Of a stretch of 64,000 bases of DNA, positions 49,861 to 59,969 are shown in pieces. Within the stretch, counting starts at the first letter, position 1. Every line of letters starts with the position of its first letter. The position numbers and the translations under genes are program-made. The notes beneath the pieces are model-generated. The model saw nothing but the letters and a program-made list of their open reading frames with translations. It did not search any database and was not told the DNA's origin. This DNA is from an uncultured Gammaproteobacteria bacterium (GTDB lineage: Bacteria; Patescibacteriota; Microgenomatia; Levybacterales; UBA12049): positions 205,553-269,552 of the forward strand of contig CAZERI010000001.1 of assembly GCA_964515545.1 (NCBI GenBank), given 5' to 3'.

Positions 49861-50688
49861 TTAAAGCGTTGCTAAATCGAGGCGGATTGCTGGTGACATT
49901 GTCGATTTAAGAGTCGCATTTTTAATCTTTTTCTTATCAATTGCACTTAAAACTGTCTTTGCATTGTCTTTAATCTTTGCATCACCAAATGATACTTTTC
50001 CAATTGCTACATGGAGAAGAGGGAACTTAGCCTCAGTTTTGAAGTTAATCTGTCCACCTTCATACTTCTTAGCAACTTCTTCTGGGTTTGGAGTAACAGT
50101 GCCATTTTTAGGATTTGGCATAAGTCCGCGAGGTCCTAAGACCTTAGCAGCACGAGCTAATTTTGGCATAGCATCAGGAGTTGCGATCAAGATATCAAAA
50201 TCAATAGTACCGCCGTCAATTTTTTTGAGTAATGCATCGATTTCTGCTTGATCTGCACCATGAGCAAGTGCAATTCTCATTTGTTTACCGGTTCCGTGGG
50301 GAAGACTGACACTGCCTGAGACACCAGTCTCAGTAGTTGTGAGGTGGATTTCCACAGTCTCATCAAATGTAGCTCTTTTAAGTTCAGGAAGGAGCTTAAT
50401 AGCTTCATCAAGACTGTAATGCTTATTTTTATCAACGAGTTCTGCTTTAGCTGTATATGATTTTGAGCGTCGAGAGCCTTTTGCTTTTTGAAATTTCTCT
50501 TTCTTAGCTTTCTTTTCAACTGGCGCTTCCTCTGCTGGAGCTGCTTCCAGAACTTCCTCAGTAGAAGCTTCCTGCTTCTCAGCTTTTTTATCCTGAGCCT
50601 GTCGAAGGACTTTGCGAGCTTTTGCTTCTTCAGCTTGTTTTAGTTCTAATTCTTCGTCTCCAACTGCTTTTACTCTAATTTTTCCCAT
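49861..50688 (-). CDS. rplA: 50S ribosomal protein L1 with Lys/Glu/Ala-rich N-terminal extension
   Basis: Conserved L1 core from about residue 80; operon position. Confidence 0.9.
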   Translation of the reverse strand: MGKIRVKAVGDEELELKQAEEAKARKVLRQAQDKKAEKQEASTEEVLEAAPAEEAPVEKKAKKEKFQKAKGSRRSKSYTAKAELVDKNKHYSLDEAIKLLPELKRATFDETVEIHLTTTETGVSGSVSLPHGTGKQMRIALAHGADQAEIDALLKKIDGGTIDFDILIATPDAMPKLARAAKVLGPRGLMPNPKNGTVTPNPEEVAKKYEGGQINFKTEAKFPLLHVAIGKVSFGDAKIKDNAKTVLSAIDKKKIKNATLKSTMSPAIRLDLATL

Positions 50689-51110
50689 TAGTTAGTAACC
50701 TCCACTCCCATACTTCGAGCTGCACCGGCTACGATGCGGACGGCCATTTCAAGATCATCAGTATTTAGATCTTCCATCTTGTCTTTTGCAATTTGTTCTG
50801 CTTGAGAGCGACTGATACTTCCAGCTGATTCTTTGCCAGGTGCTTTTGATCCAGCGCGACCGAGTGCTTTTTTGATCATTTCAGCAACAGGAGGTTTTTT
50901 AGTGATGAAAGTAAAAGTACGATCTTCATAAACAGTAATAACAACTGGAAGGATATTACCTTTTTGGTCAGCTGTTTTGTCATTGTATGCCTTTACAAAT
51001 TCCATGATAGGAAGTCCATGCTGTCCAAGAGCAGGTCCGACAGGAGGTGCAGGAGTAGCAGCTCCAGCAGCAATATTAAGTTTGATTAATGTTTTGATTT
51101 TTTTAGCCAT
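50688..51110 (-). CDS. rplK: 50S ribosomal protein L11 (start taken at MAKKIK rather than the ORF-track start at 51164)
   Basis: [19 protein letters not shown] conserved L11 motif. Confidence 0.9.
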   Translation of the reverse strand: MAKKIKTLIKLNIAAGAATPAPPVGPALGQHGLPIMEFVKAYNDKTADQKGNILPVVITVYEDRTFTFITKKPPVAEMIKKALGRAGSKAPGKESAGSISRSQAEQIAKDKMEDLNTDDLEMAVRIVAGAARSMGVEVTN

Positions 51111-51217
51111 AATAGTTGGCGGGAGTACAGGATTGAGGCCATCTAGAGAAGACGTATCAATCACTGGTACAAGCGTATAGAACTTGTCTAAACTCCCAAT
51201 GAGATTCAGATTATAAA

Positions 51218-51802
51218 TTAAATCTTTTGAACTTGCAAGAAATCTAATTCAACAGGTGTTTCGCGACCAAAGATAGAGACGAGTACGCGAAGCTTGCCAC
51301 GGGTTTCATCTATATTATCAATAGTACCTAAGAAATCAGAGAATGGTCCATCTATGATCTTTACTGCTTCGCCCATAACAAAAGCAGTCTTGTAAAGAGG
51401 CTCCTCTTGTGTCATGAATTGCTGAATTGCTTCCACTTCTTTTTCTGAAATTGGAGTTGGTTTATTACCAGCACCGATGAAAGCTGTGACGCCTTGAGTG
51501 GTACGAACAAGAAGCCATGATTCATCATCCAAGATCATTTTAACTAGGACATATCCTGGAAAGATTTTTTCACTCACTTCTTCTTTTTTACCGCCCTGGA
51601 CTTTAATTGTCTGGCGGGTAGGGACGATGATATCAAAGATGCGGGTTTCAAAACCCATTGTCTCGACACGTTGCTTAAGGTTACGAGCTACTTTATTTTC
51701 ATGTCCTGCGTAGGTGTGGACGATGTACCACTTAGCATCACTAGACTCACTAGCTGCTTTAATTTCTTCTTCTGTTACTACTTTTGGATCTGTATCTGCC
51801 AT
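51218..51802 (-). CDS. nusG: transcription termination/antitermination factor NusG
   Basis: [18 protein letters not shown] domain plus C-terminal KOW. Confidence 0.9.
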   Translation of the reverse strand: MADTDPKVVTEEEIKAASESSDAKWYIVHTYAGHENKVARNLKQRVETMGFETRIFDIIVPTRQTIKVQGGKKEEVSEKIFPGYVLVKMILDDESWLLVRTTQGVTAFIGAGNKPTPISEKEVEAIQQFMTQEEPLYKTAFVMGEAVKIIDGPFSDFLGTIDNIDETRGKLRVLVSIFGRETPVELDFLQVQKI

Positions 51803-51804
51803 AG

Positions 51805-51987
51805 TTATTTTATTAATTCCTGTGTAAGTTTGGTTAAGACGAAGTCAATGCCTCCAATGTAAACCCCAACGACTACACTGATGGCTATGACGACAAAAGT
51901 AAGCCGGAATAGCTGTTCTCTTGTCGGCCACACAACCCTTTTTAATTCATCATATGTTTGTTGAACAAAGGTGAGTGGCGATGTCAT
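51805..51987 (-). CDS. secE: preprotein translocase subunit SecE
   Basis: 60 aa, single TM, conserved position immediately upstream of nusG. Confidence 0.8.
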   Translation of the reverse strand: MTSPLTFVQQTYDELKRVVWPTREQLFRLTFVVIAISVVVGVYIGGIDFVLTKLTQELIK

Positions 51988-52149
51988 AAGTTATCAACGT
52001 TAAAAAAATCCTTCCCCCTTGATATCCTCAGGTTCAGGATAGTAGCCATAATTTTATCAAATTGGGACAGACATGTAAAGTACACTCTAGAGCGAGGTAA
52101 ATAACCTCTTGCATTTTGAGTGGTAACTGCTATCATAAGGTTTATTCTT

Positions 52150-53046
52150 ATGGCAAGAAAAATTCGAAAAGCCGTGATCCCCGCAGCAGGTTTTGGCACC
52201 CGCTTTCTTCCTCAGACAAAAGCCATGCCTAAAGAAATGCTTCCCGTCGTTGACAAGCCGATTATCCAATATATCGTTGAGGAATTAATCGATGCAGGTA
52301 TTAAAGATATTATTTTAGTAACTGGTTATCACAAGCGGACTATTGAAGACCATTTTGATCGTCCCAGCATGGAGCTTGTGGAGAATCTTAGGATGGGAGG
52401 CGAGAAAAAATTACCTCTCCTTCAAGAGACTGAGCGTATCTCTGAAATGGCTAACTTTATTTATGTTCGCCAAAAAGGACCGTATGGAAATGGTACACCT
52501 CTTCTGAATGTCCGCCACATCGTTGGTAATGAACCCTTTATTTATACTTGGAGTGACGATTTTATTAAAGCTTCTCCAACGCGATTCAGACAGTTGATAG
52601 CGCTATATGAAGAATTCGATTGTTCAGTTCTTGGTAGCATTAAAGCTAAGAAAGATGAAGATTATGATCGATATGGATTTGCGGGGGGAGAGGAGATTCG
52701 TCCAGGACTTATCGACGCAAAGGTAATTGTGGAAAAACCAGGTAAAGATAATGCCCCTTCAGATCTAGCAAATGTTAGTGGGACTATTTTTACTCCTGAT
52801 GTCTTTGATTATCTTGATCAGGCTGTAGAGAATTTGAGAGAAGGGGATGAACTTTATTATAATGATCTCCTTAAGCTGATGCTGCAGGATGGGAAACGTG
52901 TACTTGCAGCTGAAATTAAAGATGGAAAGTACTATGATACGGGTAACAAATTGGAATATCTTAAGACTGTGGTTGAGTTTGCTCTCGAACATCCAGAAAT
53001 AAAAGATAAATTTACTGCTTATCTCAAAGGTGTAACTCAAGAGTAG
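52150..53046 (+). CDS. galU: UTP--glucose-1-phosphate uridylyltransferase
   Basis: KAVIPAAGFGTRFLPQTKAMPKEMLPVVDKPIIQY signature N-terminus. Confidence 0.9.
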   Translation: MARKIRKAVIPAAGFGTRFLPQTKAMPKEMLPVVDKPIIQYIVEELIDAGIKDIILVTGYHKRTIEDHFDRPSMELVENLRMGGEKKLPLLQETERISEMANFIYVRQKGPYGNGTPLLNVRHIVGNEPFIYTWSDDFIKASPTRFRQLIALYEEFDCSVLGSIKAKKDEDYDRYGFAGGEEIRPGLIDAKVIVEKPGKDNAPSDLANVSGTIFTPDVFDYLDQAVENLREGDELYYNDLLKLMLQDGKRVLAAEIKDGKYYDTGNKLEYLKTVVEFALEHPEIKDKFTAYLKGVTQE

Positions 53047-53077
53047 CCCCTTTTTTTCTCTATGCTATGATAGACAG

Positions 53078-53755
53078 ATGCGTAAAAATCTCGTTTTTCT
53101 GCTGGCAGGATTAGCCTTATTTCTCTTCTTTGTCATTTTTTCCTACCTCGTCCATAAAGATCTTTTTACTGGTATCGACTTTGATACGACGGTAAAGCTT
53201 CAGAATAATATTCCTCGAAGATTTGATGAGATCTTTTCTCTTTTTAGTGATATAGGCAGTTTTGAACCGACACTTGTAGTTTTAGTTGTAATTCTTCTTA
53301 TCTGGCGTAAATTACTGGCAGGAGTTCTCCTTTTTGGTGCTTTTGTAGCATTTCATATATTTGAGCTGTTTGGCAAATATATGGTCAATCATCCGCCTCC
53401 TCCTGAGTTCATGCTTCGGACAGAGCGGGTAATTCAGTTTGATCAGTTCCATGTGAGAACTGAGTTCTCTTATCCTTCAGGACATAGTGGCAGAGCAGTT
53501 ATAGTAGCCTGTCTTTTGTTATTTATTATTTGGCATTCTAGATGGTCGCGAGGACTTAAAGTACTAGCCAGCAGTATAATCGGTGTGTATGTAGTGACTA
53601 TGCTCGTCTCAAGAATTTATTTGGGAGAACATTGGACAAGTGATGTGGTAGGGGGTGCGCTTCTTGGGCTAGCCCTCTCATGCTGCGCACTTTCAGTCTA
53701 TCCCTTGCCTGCAAAATATGTAAGAAATAAAGAGCAGCATCACATCAGCGGATAG
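53078..53755 (+). CDS. PAP2 family membrane phosphatase
   Basis: SYPSGHS and SRIYLGEHWTSDV PAP2 motifs; multiple TM helices. Confidence 0.75.
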   Translation: MRKNLVFLLAGLALFLFFVIFSYLVHKDLFTGIDFDTTVKLQNNIPRRFDEIFSLFSDIGSFEPTLVVLVVILLIWRKLLAGVLLFGAFVAFHIFELFGKYMVNHPPPPEFMLRTERVIQFDQFHVRTEFSYPSGHSGRAVIVACLLLFIIWHSRWSRGLKVLASSIIGVYVVTMLVSRIYLGEHWTSDVVGGALLGLALSCCALSVYPLPAKYVRNKEQHHISG

Positions 53756-53837
53756 TAAAAAGAGTTGATTTTGGAGCTTTATCAATACACCAGTACTAGT
53801 GTATACTAGTGCCCAATAAGGAAGTTTTTGTAAGACG

Positions 53838-55958
53838 ATGCAGAGTCAACTTAAGAGCCCTCTTACCGAGCGTTTAGGGAAAGCGATACCATTTACTAAT
53901 AGACGTTCCTCATTTTTCCGTTATGGTCTGGTAATAGTAGCTTGTATTACCACTTCATTTCTTTTTTTCGGGACAAAAGCTGTTTTAGGATCGACCAGTC
54001 CTTTCCTTTTTTTGTTAGGAGCTGTGCTTATTACAGCTTGGTATGGCGGATTACGTGCTGGGGTTACTACGCTTATTTTTGGGTTCCTTTTCAGCTGGGT
54101 AGTTTCTATACAGCCTAATTTTGTTAACGGCAGTGCTGCTTTTGCTCGAAGTTTATTTCAATATTTTCTCTTTATTTTTGAGTCTATTCTGGTGCTTTTC
54201 CTGATCCATAGACGTAATAAAAACTTCGAGTCTATGCAAGACCGAGCAGCTCAGCAATCACTCATTGCGACGCTTGGAGCTTTTGGACTTGAAGAAAATA
54301 ATATTAATCTCGTCATGGATCGTATTGTCCGATCTATCTCTAGGGCGCTTGATGTAGATTATGTGGCACTTTTTGAGTTATCACCGGATGAAAAATTACT
54401 AAGACTCAGTGCAGGGATTGGCTGGAAAAAAGGTGTGGTAGGGAGAAAGCTTATAGATGCCAAGACAGGCTCCCAAGCCAGCTATACCCTCCAAACCAAG
54501 AGGCCGGTGATTATTACCGATTTTGCTAAAGAAAAGCGATTTAGCGGTAGCCAAGAGATGACTTCACAGCCCATAACCAGTGGATTGAGTGTCCTGATCC
54601 CAGGCCATCCACGTCCATACGGCGTATTAAGTGTACATACCAGCATCAAAAGAGTTTTTACCAAAGATGATGTTAATTTTCTCCTTGCCTTAGCTCATGT
54701 CCTGGCAACAACGATTGAGAGAAGCAGCAATCAGCATGAGCTGGAATTAATGGCAGATCTTAACAGTAAGCTTGTCTCGCTAGATCCTCACCGAACGCTT
54801 TCTGAGGTTGTCTCTGCTATCGTTCCTTCCTTTGCTGACATCTGTGAGATTTATATTAATCGGAGTGGTGATCAAATGGATCTCGTAGAAATAAAGGCAA
54901 TTACAAAAGAGAAAGAACGTCTTTTCAGAGAATTAGGGGGGAAATATCCTCCTAATGCTAATTCCAGACGTGTGACAGCACGTGTATTTCGTAGCGGTAA
55001 ACCGATCTATTATCCCCATGTCCCTGAAACATATGGAAAGGATAGCAGCACAGATCCAGCTCAGGAGAAAATCTTTAAGAAAATAAATATGCTGTCTAAT
55101 ATCGTTGTCCCCATTAAGATTCGCAACAAGACTGCAGGGACTATTGGCTTTGGTTCATTTAGCAAAGGAAGGCTTTATACAAAGAGAGATTTCCTATTTG
55201 CTCAGGAGATAGCTAGTCGGGTAGCAATTGCTATCGATAATGCGACTCTTTATCAAGAAGCTCGAAGCGCTATTCAAGCACGAGATGAATTCTTATCAAT
55301 TGCTTCGCATGAATTAAAGACACCGCTTACGTCGATGCTCTTGCAGCTGCAGACTGTCCTCCGAAGTATCAAGAGTCAATCACTGGCTAACTTTTCAATC
55401 GAAAAGACGATGGTTTCATTAGAGAGTACAATCTCCCAAAGTAAAAGACTGAGTAAGTTAGTTAATGATCTTCTTAATATCTCACTTATTACAACCGGTA
55501 GACTGGAACTAGAGAAAGAAAAAACCGATCTCACAAGAACAGTAAAAGAAGTGGTGACTCGCCTTGAAGAATTAGCTGCTAAGGAAGGAAATAAAATTAC
55601 CCTTGATCTCTCCCCAAGAGTTATCGGGAATTGGGATCGGATACGGCTCGAGCAGGTAGTAACCAATCTTGTCACCAACGCCATTAAGTACGGAAATGGT
55701 AAGCCGATTACGATTGAATTAACCAAGAATAAGAAGTATGCGCTTCTTAACGTCACTGATGAGGGGATAGGTATTCCGAAAGAACAGCAGGAGAAAATCT
55801 TTGATAGATTTCAGAGGGGACAAGTTAATTCATCCATTAAAGGACTAGGGGTAGGGCTTTATTTAATCAATGAGATTGTAAAGGCGCATCATGGGGAAAT
55901 AAGTATTGAGAGTTCTTCTCAAAAAGGGTCCACATTTACTGTTCAGCTTCCTTTATAA
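53838..55958 (+). CDS. sensor histidine kinase: DUF4118-like TM domain, two GAF-like regions, HisKA and HATPase_c; no adjacent response regulator
   Basis: H-box SIASHELKTPLTS; N/G1/G2 boxes (NAIKYG, DEGIGIP, GLGVGL). Confidence 0.85.
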   Translation: MQSQLKSPLTERLGKAIPFTNRRSSFFRYGLVIVACITTSFLFFGTKAVLGSTSPFLFLLGAVLITAWYGGLRAGVTTLIFGFLFSWVVSIQPNFVNGSAAFARSLFQYFLFIFESILVLFLIHRRNKNFESMQDRAAQQSLIATLGAFGLEENNINLVMDRIVRSISRALDVDYVALFELSPDEKLLRLSAGIGWKKGVVGRKLIDAKTGSQASYTLQTKRPVIITDFAKEKRFSGSQEMTSQPITSGLSVLIPGHPRPYGVLSVHTSIKRVFTKDDVNFLLALAHVLATTIERSSNQHELELMADLNSKLVSLDPHRTLSEVVSAIVPSFADICEIYINRSGDQMDLVEIKAITKEKERLFRELGGKYPPNANSRRVTARVFRSGKPIYYPHVPETYGKDSSTDPAQEKIFKKINMLSNIVVPIKIRNKTAGTIGFGSFSKGRLYTKRDFLFAQEIASRVAIAIDNATLYQEARSAIQARDEFLSIASHELKTPLTSMLLQLQTVLRSIKSQSLANFSIEKTMVSLESTISQSKRLSKLVNDLLNISLITTGRLELEKEKTDLTRTVKEVVTRLEELAAKEGNKITLDLSPRVIGNWDRIRLEQVVTNLVTNAIKYGNGKPITIELTKNKKYALLNVTDEGIGIPKEQQEKIFDRFQRGQVNSSIKGLGVGLYLINEIVKAHHGEISIESSSQKGSTFTVQLPL

Positions 55959-55966
55959 ATAGGTAG

Positions 55967-56006
55967 TGCGTGAGCAGCCTGGCTGAGCCAGGCTGCTCTG
56001 CCGCAC
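55967..56006. terminator. 12-13-bp perfect GC-rich hairpin (GAGCAGCCTGGC/GCCAGGCTGCTC) between convergent genes; bidirectional terminator candidate
   Basis: Inverted repeat between the HK stop (55958) and the stop of 56013..56558. Confidence 0.55.
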
Positions 56007-56012
56007 GTCGAG

Positions 56013-56558
56013 TCAGCGTCCCGGCAGTGACCGTTCAGGATTGAAGAAGGTGTCGTATCCGATCAGGACGATCAGCATCGCGAGTCCCAGCGTTGCGCCC
56101 AGTTTATTCCAGACCGAAGTCTCACTGGTCCAGATCGGGATCAGGCTTCCGCCGATCAGGATAGCGAAGGATGGCCAGGTGATCAGGGTGTGGAAAAGCT
56201 CACTCGGATTGAAGATATCCTCAGCCGTGAGAGATCTTGTGCGTTCCGCCTCCTTCAGAAGGTAGATGCCCAGGGTGAGCCCCAGCAAGCAGAGCACTAA
56301 ATACACCCAGCGCTGGGTGTACCAGTTGCTCGCTTCGTAGTCGCGCAAGGCGCGACCAGCGAAGAACGCGTAGACGAGGCCGATGGCAATCGAATCGCCA
56401 AGCCAGAACGTGCGCCAGCGCAAGAAGTAGAACTTGTGCTCATAGCGCAAGCGAACGAGCATGACTCCACCGAAGCCGAGTAAGAGGGTGACCAACACCC
56501 CCCACCACGGACCTAATAGGGCATACGGCGGACGGACAGATGTCGTTAACCAGTCCAC
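56013..56558 (-). CDS. GC-rich integral membrane protein (5-6 TM), GTG start with AAGGAG SD
   Basis: Hydrophobic profile; high GC; promoter-like repeat upstream. Confidence 0.5.
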   Translation of the reverse strand: MDWLTTSVRPPYALLGPWWGVLVTLLLGFGGVMLVRLRYEHKFYFLRWRTFWLGDSIAIGLVYAFFAGRALRDYEASNWYTQRWVYLVLCLLGLTLGIYLLKEAERTRSLTAEDIFNPSELFHTLITWPSFAILIGGSLIPIWTSETSVWNKLGATLGLAMLIVLIGYDTFFNPERSLPGR

Positions 56559-56729
56559 GGTGAACTCCTTTTTTAAAACTCAAACGTGCGAATCCTTAGC
56601 CGACGTGGCTGAAGGGTAGACGGAGCTTCAGCTCAGGCTGACTCAATCGTCAGAGAGAGCTTGGTTCCGAGTAGGGGAATTCTAGCATAAAGGCGGGGAG
56701 AAGTAAAAACTATAAGATTTATTGTGAGT

Positions 56730-56758
56730 AGGGGGTCCTAGGCTTTGCCTAGGACCCC
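56730..56758 (-). terminator. 13-bp perfect hairpin GGGGGTCCTAGGC/GCCTAGGACCCCC after the stop of 56780..57190
   Basis: Perfect inverted repeat with a 3-nt loop. Confidence 0.5.
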
Positions 56759-56779
56759 CTGTCGGAAGGTGTTGTCTTA

Positions 56780-57190
56780 TCAGCGAATAATCGTTCCCTT
56801 CCAGGCTCGTTCGAGCCGTGATTGGACGATCAGTTCCATTTCAGGATCTAATTCGAACCCCTCCTGGGGTTTTTTGATGGTGAACTCGCGTCCGCGAGGG
56901 TCAAGCGTCTGCACGACTCTGCAGCCAGCCCCGCGAACGATATTCTTAATCTCCCAGAGGTGTTCCCTCTGCTTCTCGGGAACTTTGAGCATATACGTTC
57001 CGTCGAGTTCTTGGACGATTTTTCCATCACGACGACGGAATTGTCCTTGATCGAGGCCAAGACGTGCCTCGATTTCTTGGAGCAGCGGGAGAGACTCCTC
57101 ATGCTTTGGAAGACTCCCATCGCTAGGGATCTCCTTACGGATCATGAGGCGAAAACAACGTTGCATTGAACGCTCCTTCCTACTATTCAT
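56780..57190 (-). CDS. GC-rich hypothetical protein, 136 aa
   Basis: ORF with G/C-rich third positions; own promoter-like repeat and terminator. Confidence 0.45.
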   Translation of the reverse strand: MNSRKERSMQRCFRLMIRKEIPSDGSLPKHEESLPLLQEIEARLGLDQGQFRRRDGKIVQELDGTYMLKVPEKQREHLWEIKNIVRGAGCRVVQTLDPRGREFTIKKPQEGFELDPEMELIVQSRLERAWKGTIIR

Positions 57191-57297
57191 TACGGAAATC
57201 GAGTAGTGCCTAACACGTGTCAGGCCTCAAATTCACGAATAGAAGAATTGTAGCAAAAAAAGGAGAAAAGTAAAACTATAAGATTATTCTTGCTATA

Positions 57298-58707
57298 TTA
57301 AACTGTGGCATTGATATCTCCAATACGGACATCAAAAGGAAGGTGATAAAGACCCCTCTCTACACCATAATTAATGCGGTTAAGGATACTTGATGTGTAA
57401 TCCATCGAGACATAATCATCTTTGGGTCTGTAGTATGCTCCAACAAATGCAAAGCCATCCACATTACGATAAAGTCTATTAACAGCTTCATTAATGGATT
57501 TACCTGCTCCAGTTATGATAGCTAAATTCCAATCTGAGCCGATAGAAACGAGATTCCCTCGCGAATTCCGCTTTACGTCCCACAGCCAGACGTCTTTCTC
57601 AATTTCTGGTTTGTAGTTAACCAGAATATCAGCTGATACAGCATCGTCGTCATCATGATTCATATTAAAGACCCGAACTGATGAGGCGACAGTTCCTAAG
57701 GTAAAAGGATTACGTTTTTTAACTATACTCGTAAAAAAACTGTCGATCGAACCACACTGAGCAAGTTCGGTAAAGAGGCAGTTATAGCCAGGACGGTTAG
57801 AGCAAAATTCGCCAAAATACATCTTGCCGTCTTTTTTGCTCACTAAGATCGATGCATCCCAGATAAACCAGCCTTTATGTTCCTTGGCCATTTCATCAAC
57901 TATGGGAGGAAAAGCTATCTTATTGATTCTGTCATTCATATCAGTTGGGAAGACGAGGTCCTCAGCACAGCCTGTTTGGACCGAGATATTGCCACTACCA
58001 AATGATTTGTTCTCAAAAAGAATAGAGGTTCCAAGAGGGACACCATCGTAATAATACTTCTCAGGAGTCATCTCGATAATAGAGGGAATAAAGCGTTCTA
58101 AAATGTAGCCGAGTCTTTCATAATTCTCAGGGAAGTTGGTTAAGACCTCGATGAGCTGGTTGTTGGCTAATTCTGGATCTTCAACTGTTGGAACGAAGGT
58201 TCGAGCGCTGTCGTGCTGACCTTTGAGTACCCAGATATCTTTACTGTCTTTAAGAAATTTTACTCCATCATCGATTTTTTGGAAGTCGATAATCTCTGGT
58301 GTGTACAATTTAGCATAGTGTTCTTTGACAAAGTTTTTAGCTCTCTCCCGATCCACTTCAAAGAGAAAGTCATCCTTAGTCGGGAAGTTGCCATGAAAGC
58401 CTAAATCCCGTACCATATCAGCCCAACGAAAAAGATTGTTCTCTTCAAAGAAGACAAACCATTCCTGAGGATCAGGAATTTGCTTCATTTTCTCAACAAC
58501 TGCATAGGCATCCTCAATAGGAAGCATATTCTGAAAAAGTTTGAGACGGCGTTTTTTATTTTGCTCTGATTCAGTGGCAATTTCTCCGTCCATAACATAA
58601 TCCTTAATGTCCTGAATAACTCCTACTACAACCTCAAAGCCTTGTTGACGGAGTTTATGAGCGATAGGGAGGCCAAGTCCTGAGAAGGTGATAAAGATAT
58701 ACTTCAT
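57298..58707 (-). CDS. hypothetical protein, possibly ATP-grasp fold (PurD-like); start taken at MKYIF
   Basis: N-terminal KYIFITFSGLGLPIAHKLRQQGFEV resembles a pre-ATP-grasp domain; weak. Confidence 0.4.
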   Translation of the reverse strand: MKYIFITFSGLGLPIAHKLRQQGFEVVVGVIQDIKDYVMDGEIATESEQNKKRRLKLFQNMLPIEDAYAVVEKMKQIPDPQEWFVFFEENNLFRWADMVRDLGFHGNFPTKDDFLFEVDRERAKNFVKEHYAKLYTPEIIDFQKIDDGVKFLKDSKDIWVLKGQHDSARTFVPTVEDPELANNQLIEVLTNFPENYERLGYILERFIPSIIEMTPEKYYYDGVPLGTSILFENKSFGSGNISVQTGCAEDLVFPTDMNDRINKIAFPPIVDEMAKEHKGWFIWDASILVSKKDGKMYFGEFCSNRPGYNCLFTELAQCGSIDSFFTSIVKKRNPFTLGTVASSVRVFNMNHDDDDAVSADILVNYKPEIEKDVWLWDVKRNSRGNLVSIGSDWNLAIITGAGKSINEAVNRLYRNVDGFAFVGAYYRPKDDYVSMDYTSSILNRINYGVERGLYHLPFDVRIGDINATV

Positions 58708-58903
58708 GTAACTATCATTTAGTATTAATAATTTACAGTAAAAAAACAAGAGATCAGATTATCCTTTCAAGATAATTGAGAGGATTAAAATTGCTTATTT
58801 TACCAAGATAATAAAGCCTATCCAGGCAATTGCTAAGCCTAGTGAGAGGATACTGAGACTGAAAATAACGATACGAAGTTCTGTATGAGACAAGATAGGT
58901 TTT

Positions 58904-59926
58904 TTAGAAGATTCTTTCACGCTGCTTTATTATATGGAGGCGCTGATAGATCTTCAAGACACTACAAATGAGAAGGATTGAAATAATTGAATACAAGGGG
59001 GCAAAATAAAGATTTCTAAAATGTGAAATAGTGGCAGGATCCAGCCAGATAAACAAAAATTTTGAGATATAACTGAAAATAATAAGATGAGAAATAAAGA
59101 GCACCATTGAGTTTCTGCCTAAGAACTCTAATACGTTATTTTTCATAATAATATAGCTCCAGCTGACACACATTCCGATACCACAGGCTGCACTGAGATA
59201 AAATAAGAAATAATTTCCCATACGATTGAGCCTCATATCTACCTGGTGCCCTGTGAGGTGGAAATTAAGCGTTGCTAAAAGGAAAGTAAGAATACTCAGT
59301 ATAAGAGCAGCCATAATTTTTCTATTCTCTAGGAACTTTTTTATTTCGGGGCTACTGTTATAGAGATACCCAAGTCCAAAAAATGCTACGCTGCTAAGCG
59401 CTGTCTCAAATCCAAAGGGAAGCTTGAGAGGATAGAAGGTAGCGAGGATATACCCTCCAATTGAGCAGCTTACCAATAGAGGGATAAGGATTCTACTTTT
59501 ATTACTGATATTACTTAAGACTGTAAAAAGGATACGGGTAGCAAAAAGGCAGGGAAGGAACCACAAGACAGCATTATAGAAAAATTGTTTTCCGCTTCCA
59601 TTCCCGTAGAAAATATTGATAACAACCTGAATAAAATCATGGAGATGAAAAGTACGTATAGTAGGAAGAAGCCATAAGCCATAACTCAGAAGAGCAAAGA
59701 GAAAATAAGGGAAAAGAATCCCTCTGACACCTTTTTTAATACTCTGGAGAGTACTTTCATGCTGTTTATGGTGGAGAGTAACACCTGAAAGAAAGAAAAA
59801 GAGAGGGATATGAAAAGCATAGAAAAGATACCTGAATTTATCTGCACCAAGGCCATGGGCATAAATAACACATAAGATACCGATCCCACGGCAGATATCG
59901 ATCCAGGATAAACGTATTTTTGACAT
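58904..59926 (-). CDS. acyltransferase family 3 (membrane O-acyltransferase)
   Basis: N-terminal WIDICRGIGILCVIYAHGLG motif, about 10 TM helices. Confidence 0.75.
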   Translation of the reverse strand: MSKIRLSWIDICRGIGILCVIYAHGLGADKFRYLFYAFHIPLFFFLSGVTLHHKQHESTLQSIKKGVRGILFPYFLFALLSYGLWLLPTIRTFHLHDFIQVVINIFYGNGSGKQFFYNAVLWFLPCLFATRILFTVLSNISNKSRILIPLLVSCSIGGYILATFYPLKLPFGFETALSSVAFFGLGYLYNSSPEIKKFLENRKIMAALILSILTFLLATLNFHLTGHQVDMRLNRMGNYFLFYLSAACGIGMCVSWSYIIMKNNVLEFLGRNSMVLFISHLIIFSYISKFLFIWLDPATISHFRNLYFAPLYSIISILLICSVLKIYQRLHIIKQRERIF

Positions 59927-59969
59927 TCCCTGATTGTACCAAAGGTGAAAGTTTTTTATAATCGCTCTA

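Noticed and set aside
51108-51164. N-terminal 18-aa extension of rplK in the ORF track ([18 protein letters not shown])
   Set aside because: The conserved L11 N-terminus begins at MAKKIK. The upstream in-frame codons lie in the nusG-rplK intergenic leader.
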